In this document: positions 55,835-64,000 of the stretch, in pieces | Layout of the letters: every line of letters begins with the position of its first letter | How positions within the stretch are numbered: the first letter of the stretch is position 1 | Origin: Phycisphaerae bacterium | Lineage (GTDB): Bacteria; Planctomycetota; Phycisphaerae; UBA1845; PWPN01 | Assembly (NCBI GenBank): GCA_039961895.1 | Contig: JABRVU010000014.1 | Coordinates: 19,019 to 83,018 of the forward strand | Direction: 5' to 3' | DNA: 64,000 nucleotides | Program-made: the position numbers and the translations under genes | The notes under the pieces: generated by a model | The model's input: only the letters and a program-made list of their open reading frames with translations | The model's database searches: none | What the model was told of the DNA's origin: nothing

Positions 55835-55846
55835 GCGAGGTGAACG

Positions 55847-56215
55847 ATGGAAACCATGCTCGTCAGGCTCAAGCCCCTGGACCCGCGTCGCGGCCACGTG
55901 CTGCGCCGGTACACCTACCAGGGGATCAAGTTCCACGAGGAGCGCGGCTGGTACCGCGTGGCCAAGGCCGTCGCGGACTACCTGCGCTCCGTCCACCAGC
56001 AGCCGGCCGACCCGCACTCGCCGCTCGCCTTCGACGTCTGCACGGAGGAGGAAGCGCGCACCGCGGAGGCCAAGGAGAAGGAGGCGCAGAACGCCCGCAA
56101 GACCGCGGCAGACGACATCAAGCTGTCCGTCGCGCGTCCGGCGGGGGCGGTCACGACCTCCGACCTGCCCGAGGCTCCGAAGGACGACAGGAAGCCGAGG
56201 AAGGACCGGGGCTGA
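55847..56215 (+). CDS. Hypothetical head-module protein
   Basis: Coding-like composition with a Lys/Glu-rich C-terminus. Position only. Confidence 0.4.
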   Translation: METMLVRLKPLDPRRGHVLRRYTYQGIKFHEERGWYRVAKAVADYLRSVHQQPADPHSPLAFDVCTEEEARTAEAKEKEAQNARKTAADDIKLSVARPAGAVTTSDLPEAPKDDRKPRKDRG

Positions 56216-56216
56216 G

Positions 56217-56852
56217 ATGTACGCGACCGTCGCCGACCTGCGCGCGGAGGGGGTCACCGTGGCCATGGCCGCGGACGACCGCCTCGCCTCGCTCATCGAG
56301 GAGGCGGGAAGGACCATCGACCGGATCACCGGCTGGTTCTTCGAGCCGCGCGCCCGGACCCTCGCACTCGACGGCCGGGGACACCCGACCATCGAGCCGC
56401 CGGTCCCGCCCATCCGGCTCGACCGGCTGGCGGTCGGCGACACGGACCTCTCGCTCTCGCCCGACGACCTCGTGGTCGTGGGCTCTCCGGTCAACCCCGG
56501 CTTCGATGCTCCGCGGCTCACGCTGCGGCGCTGCCGTTCCTTTCCGCGCGGCCGGGGCAACGTCACGGCCGAGGGGCTGTGGGGCTTCACCGAGCCCGAC
56601 GGCACCGCCGAGGGGCGCACGCCGCTCGAGATCCGCAGGGCCTGCATGCTGCTCGTCCTGCGCCTCCTGCACCCGCTCGCGGGCGAGGCCTCCACCGACG
56701 CCCGCAACCGCTGGCGCATCCTGGAGGAGCGCACCCGCGACCAGAGCTACCGGCTCGACGGCGTGAAGGAGACCGGCCCGTTCACCGGCGACCCGGAGCT
56801 CGACGGCGTCCTGCTGCGCTACCGCCGGCCCGCCGGCATGGGGGCGGCGTGA
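56217..56852 (+). CDS. Hypothetical virion protein (possible head-tail connector)
   Basis: The N-terminus [13 protein letters not shown]...[18 protein letters not shown] resembles gp6-like connector N-termini. Weak. Confidence 0.3.
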   Translation: MYATVADLRAEGVTVAMAADDRLASLIEEAGRTIDRITGWFFEPRARTLALDGRGHPTIEPPVPPIRLDRLAVGDTDLSLSPDDLVVVGSPVNPGFDAPRLTLRRCRSFPRGRGNVTAEGLWGFTEPDGTAEGRTPLEIRRACMLLVLRLLHPLAGEASTDARNRWRILEERTRDQSYRLDGVKETGPFTGDPELDGVLLRYRRPAGMGAA

Positions 56853-57388
56853 TGCGCGGGCGGCTCATCTTCCCGTTCCTGGCCGAGCTGCACCGGCTCG
56901 ACACCCGCGCCACGGCCGAGGCCGACCCGGACGGCGCGGGGCCGCTCGCCGGCGGCTACGACCCCGACTTCAAGGAGTCGGTCCTCGTCGACCGCGACGA
57001 CGACGGCGTGGGCGAGCGTGTCCGCGCCGAGCACCCGGCCGTACGGCTGCCCTGCCAGGTCGAGCCCGAGGCCTTCGACGCCCTGCGGATGTTCGCCGCG
57101 GGCAACAGCCCGAAGTCGCGGCTCGAGCTGGTGTTCCACTTCGCCGACCTCGAGCGCGAGGGGCTGGTCGACGCCGCGAGCGGGGATGCGCTTCTGCGTC
57201 CCGGCGACCGCCTCCACGCGCTCTACGACCGCGACGGCGCGCTGGTCCAGGCGATCCGCACGCCGCCCGGCCTCTACGCCACCGAGGCGCGGCCCATCGG
57301 CTTCGGCCTCCACATGGCGAGGCCGCACCGCAACCTCCTGCTCGTCACCTTCGGCGACCGGCAGGTAGCCACCGGGAGGGTCCAATGA
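56852..57388 (+). CDS. Hypothetical virion protein (possible head-tail adaptor)
   Basis: Start overlaps the previous stop (TGATG). Position only. Confidence 0.3.
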   Translation: MRGRLIFPFLAELHRLDTRATAEADPDGAGPLAGGYDPDFKESVLVDRDDDGVGERVRAEHPAVRLPCQVEPEAFDALRMFAAGNSPKSRLELVFHFADLEREGLVDAASGDALLRPGDRLHALYDRDGALVQAIRTPPGLYATEARPIGFGLHMARPHRNLLLVTFGDRQVATGRVQ

Positions 57389-57648
57389 GAGAGGTCTTCT
57401 TCCTGCTGGCGTTCCTCACGCCCCAGCTCTGCTCCTGCGTCCCGGTCTGCGACACCAAGGAGACGCGCTGTAACGGCTCGCTCGTCGAGACCTGCGACTC
57501 GAACGGTCAGTGGCAGCAGGTCATGAACTGCGCCGAGGTCATCGGCGGTGACGGTGCTGCCTGGTCGTGCTGCCCGGCCCGCGAAGGCGACGCCGGCCTC
57601 GTGCACGCCTGCCTGCCCGCCGACGAGTGCACCGGAGGCGGCCGATGA
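57385..57648 (+). CDS. Small Cys-rich protein with hydrophobic N-terminus (10 Cys in 87 aa)
   Basis: [22 protein letters not shown]..., with cysteines counted by hand. 4-nt overlaps on both sides. Confidence 0.45.
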   Translation: MREVFFLLAFLTPQLCSCVPVCDTKETRCNGSLVETCDSNGQWQQVMNCAEVIGGDGAAWSCCPAREGDAGLVHACLPADECTGGGR

Positions 57649-58276
57649 ACGCCGAGCCCAAGGCCATCGGCCATTCGCCGCTCACCGGCGCCGAGGCGTC
57701 GGAGCTGGTGCGCGCCTTCTGGGACTTCATGACCCGCGAGTACGGCACGCGCGCCATCGCCAAGGCGAACGCCGTCGAGATGAAGCTCGCGGCGCAAGCC
57801 CTCGGGCTCATGGGCGTGCTCGACGCGGAGGCGTTCCTGCGCGGCTGCACGACCACCATCGGTCGGCGCATCTACGTGCCGTTCGAGCCCGGGCGCGAGG
57901 ACGGCGGCTGGAGCCTCTGGGGCCAGCTCGCGGTCTGCGTCCACGAGCACCAGCACGTCGAGCAGCTCGACCGGGACGGGTGGCTCAAGTTCGCGGGCAA
58001 GTACCTGCTGTCGAGCGCGGGCCGCGCCGCCTACGAGGCCGAGGCGTACCGCTGCGACCTGGAGCTGCACTTCTGGCGCACCGGGGAGGTGCTCGACCCG
58101 AGATCGCTGGCCGCCAAGCTCAAGCACTACGCCTGCACCTCGACCGACATCGAGGTCGCGGAGAAGGCGCTCACGATGTCCGCGGCCACCGTCCGCCGGG
58201 GCGGGATCGTCAACCGCGCCTCGCAGAAGGCCATCGCCTGGCTCAACGTCCACGCGCCAGCCCTCAAGGAGCGCGC

Positions 58277-58280
<4 letters not shown>
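57645..58280 (+). CDS. Hypothetical protein with HExxH motif
   Basis: [17 protein letters not shown]. No other family feature recognised. Confidence 0.4.
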
Positions 58281-58869
<589 letters not shown>

Positions 58870-58870
<1 letters not shown>

Positions 58871-59772
58871 TGGCGAGCCCGACCATCACCTCCATCGGCC
58901 CGACCGCCGGTCCCGCGAGCGGCGGCGATCTCGTGCGCCTGCGCGGCGCCGGGTTCGCCGCGCGTGTGCAGGTCCTGTTCGGCGGTGTCACCGCGACCGT
59001 GCTCGGCGTCCGGGAGGAGAGCGGCGAGTCCTTCGTCGACCTCCGCACGCCGGCGCACCCGCCCGGCGCCGCCGAAGTCGCGCTCAGGAACCTCGATACG
59101 GACGGCGTCCCCGTTCCCGGCGAGGAGACCAGCCTCGCCGCCGCGTACCGCTTCCAGCGGACGCCGATCGTGCGCGAGGCCGACCTCACCCGGGTCGTCC
59201 GCGCGCTCCTGCGCGAGCTCAAGCGGCAGGTCATCGAGAACGTGAGCGCCTCGGTGGCGCTCGACTACGACGACACGCCCTCGGACGGGCTGAACGTCGT
59301 GGCCATGGCCAAGCTGCCGTCGCTTGTCCTGTCCGGCCCCCGGCTCGTCGAGAACCGCTTCTTCTCGACCAACGAGCCGCACGAGGACCCGGTCGCCGGA
59401 CCATCGGGACCGGAGCTTCAGCGCCGCCGGCCGCCGTTCACCGTGGACCTCGGCTTCACCATCACCGCGGCTTCCGATCGGACGGTCGAGCTGCTGAACC
59501 TGCTCGCCGCCACCGCGACCTTCCTCAACCTCAACCGCTGGCTCGTGCTCGACCGCGACCCCGCCGACCCGGCCCTCGGCGCCGTGCGCTGGGAGATGGA
59601 CCCGGACGGCGAGGTCCGCACGAAGCTCGACGGCGAGGGCGAGGTGCGCGTCTTCACCGCCGGCCTGGTCGTGCGCGGCTTCGACATCGACGAGGGCCTG
59701 CCCGCCGACATCGGCAAGGCCGTCGCCGAGACCGAACTCGACCTGGGCGGCGTCCCCGGAGGAACCCCATGA
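58870..59772 (+). CDS. IPT/TIG (Ig-like) domain protein of the tail module
   Basis: [26 protein letters not shown]...[13 protein letters not shown] is the IPT/TIG signature. The C-terminal roughly 200 aa are unknown. Confidence 0.5.
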
Positions 59773-60085
59773 CCGTCACGATGACCAACACCAGCGGCCG
59801 CCTGAAGACCTTCACACTGCCGCACGAGAGCTTCTGCGCGGCCCGAGGCCGCTGCGCCTGCGCCATGACGCCCGGCCGCGACCCGAGGCGGGTGCCCTCG
59901 TCCCTGACCCTGGCCGCCGAGGCACGGCTCGAGGGCGTGGACGAGGCGGTGCTCGCCGTCCCCGAGGTCGACCGGGCCGTGCGCGCGGGCGAGCTCCGCG
60001 TGGAGCGCAAGCCGCCGGCCCCGCAGAGACCCGTGAACCCCGACCCCAACAACCGCCGCGCCGGCAAGAGAACGCGAGGTGATGC

Positions 60086-60089
<4 letters not shown>
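59769..60089 (+). CDS. Hypothetical small protein
   Basis: 4-nt overlaps on both sides. Position only. Confidence 0.35.
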
Positions 60090-62299
<2,210 letters not shown>

Positions 62300-62313
62300 G
62301 GAGGTGAACGAAC

Positions 62314-62775
<462 letters not shown>

Positions 62776-62778
62776 ACG

Positions 62779-63318
62779 CTATCTGTCCAGAAGGCGGTCG
62801 AGATTCTCAGGGTCTACGCCGAATGCGGCTGCCACGCTGCGCACGCCGTCGAACCAGCCTGCTCCATGACCCTTGTCGCTCATCGAGCCATCAGGACGTC
62901 GGCGACCTGGTTCCTTGGGGCTCCAGCCGCGATGAACGTCGTCGGACACCTGGTGGACGAACTCGTGCCAGAGTTCGATCCGCCACATCGGCCACTCGAC
63001 GCCGTACTTGGACCACTCGGCCGGCGGGAAGTCGAGATCGTGCGAAGGCCAGTCGTCCCCGTCGCAGAGCGGCAGAATCATGATGCGCTTGCAGCCCGAA
63101 TAGCAGGGGGTAGCGTTCCTCAACGGAGAGCCAAGAGGCGTCGCTTCCTCGGCCGCAGCGTTCTCATCTGCCTGGTAGATGTCGAGGGGAACGGCCTGAA
63201 GTCCGAGCTTCTCCCGGAGGCGTTCGTACTCTCCCCGAATCACTGTCGCCGCGATGTGCAGGTCGCCTGCCACGAGGGGAATGTACGCCCGCGACGATTG
63301 CAGCGTCCATGTCCCCAC
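62779..63318 (-). CDS. Opposite-strand moron: hypothetical protein with HExxH motif
   Basis: This is the only minus-strand gene in the head/tail module. [16 protein letters not shown] contains the motif. Composition is coding-like (Trp/Asp-rich, not Arg/Gly noise). Confidence 0.55.
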   Translation of the reverse strand: MGTWTLQSSRAYIPLVAGDLHIAATVIRGEYERLREKLGLQAVPLDIYQADENAAAEEATPLGSPLRNATPCYSGCKRIMILPLCDGDDWPSHDLDFPPAEWSKYGVEWPMWRIELWHEFVHQVSDDVHRGWSPKEPGRRRPDGSMSDKGHGAGWFDGVRSVAAAFGVDPENLDRLLDR

Positions 63319-63377
63319 TGCGCCCTCGGCAGGCTTTGCCCTCCTGGGAGACCTGAACCCCAGGAGGAGCCAAGACC

Positions 63378-64000
63378 ATGTCGAACACCATCACCTGCCC
63401 CTCGGGCCTCGTCGGCCGAATCCGGGGCATGAAGGCCCGCGAGGAGCGCGTCCTCGCCGACCGCAAGCTCGCCCGCAGCGGCGCCCAGCTCGAGCAGATC
63501 CTGGCCGCGTGCTGGGAGGAGACCCTCGACCCCGAACCCTACGACTTCGGCGAGCAGCCGATCGACTGGGGCAAGGTGCTGCAGGGCGACCGCTTCTTCG
63601 CCATGCTCCAGATCCGCGTCCTCTCCTACGGCGCGGACTACGCGTTCTCGGTGGCCTGCGAGAACAGGGGCTGCCGCGCCCGCATCGAGTGGGAGCTGGA
63701 CCTGCGCGACCTGCCCGTGCGGACGCTGTCCGGCGAGAGCCGGGCCGCCTTCCTGAACGGGAACCGCTTCGAGACGGTGCTGCCCGACGCCGGCCGCAAG
63801 GTCGTCTTCCGGCTGCTGACCGGCGCGGACGAGCGGCGCATGGCCGCGCTTCGGCGCGCCGCCGGCGAGCGCCCGATCACCACGCTGCTCGGGTTCCGGC
63901 TGGAGTCCATCGACGGCGTCGAGCCCCGCGACAAGCAGCGCTTCATCGAAGACCTGGGCATGGCCGACGTCACGTTCCTCCTCGGCGAGTTCGACCGGGT
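63378..64000 (+). CDS. Tail-module protein (possible tail assembly chaperone), 3' end beyond window
   Basis: Not in the supplied track because there is no stop inside the window. Hand translation from the ATG at 63378 (AGGAGG upstream) gives [30 protein letters not shown]..., open to nt 64000. The listed minus ORF 63638..63973 is its antisense shadow. Confidence 0.5.
   Translation, partial: MSNTITCPSGLVGRIRGMKAREERVLADRKLARSGAQLEQILAACWEETLDPEPYDFGEQPIDWGKVLQGDRFFAMLQIRVLSYGADYAFSVACENRGCRARIEWELDLRDLPVRTLSGESRAAFLNGNRFETVLPDAGRKVVFRLLTGADERRMAALRRAAGERPITTLLGFRLESIDGVEPRDKQRFIEDLGMADVTFLLGEFDR

Overview
High-GC bacterial DNA. Hand counts on a few 60-nt lines give about 65-75% GC over most of the window. 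No rRNA, tRNA or CRISPR array was recognised. All calls come from reading the ORF translations for motifs and from gene order; no database search or alignment was run. Four blocks are visible. (1) 2-3676: a lower-GC patch (about 55-58% in sampled lines) carrying a tightly coupled three-gene operon: SF1B helicase (truncated by the window edge), ADP-ribosylglycohydrolase and HNH nuclease. It ends in tandem hairpin terminators and looks like an uncharacterised immunity module. (2) 4275-14271: a Cu/Ag-type cusCBA RND efflux operon with an upstream cupredoxin lipoprotein. It is divergently paired with a sensor kinase and a sigma-54-dependent response regulator, and a good sigma-54 promoter match lies in the shared control region. 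(3) About 14.25 kb to the window end: a contractile-tailed prophage whose right end lies outside the window. In order it carries an integration module (HTH protein, large serine recombinase, DUF2924 protein), an XRE/ImmA switch and two large unknown proteins. Next come a Com-like zinc finger, two paralogous sigma-like factors and a replication module with XPD-like, XPB-like and primase-helicase proteins. Then follow an iteron/AT-rich origin-like region, nucleases, terS, terL, portal, MuF, capsid, sheath and tube. (4) Unusual insertions inside the prophage. A Fim-sized tyrosine recombinase cassette with repeated sites splits terS from terL. A roughly 10-kb czc-type metal-resistance cargo (two CDF transporters, ICMT, P-II, czcCBA, ArsR) sits between terL and portal. 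The prohead-protease slot holds one 1055-aa protein made of three tandem Dam-like methyltransferase modules fused to an XkdF-like protease domain. An opposite-strand HExxH moron lies after the tail tube gene. The best candidates for undescribed biology are the triple-MTase/protease fusion, the terS/terL recombinase switch, the helicase-ARH-HNH operon and the unknown gene pair at 18375-20832.
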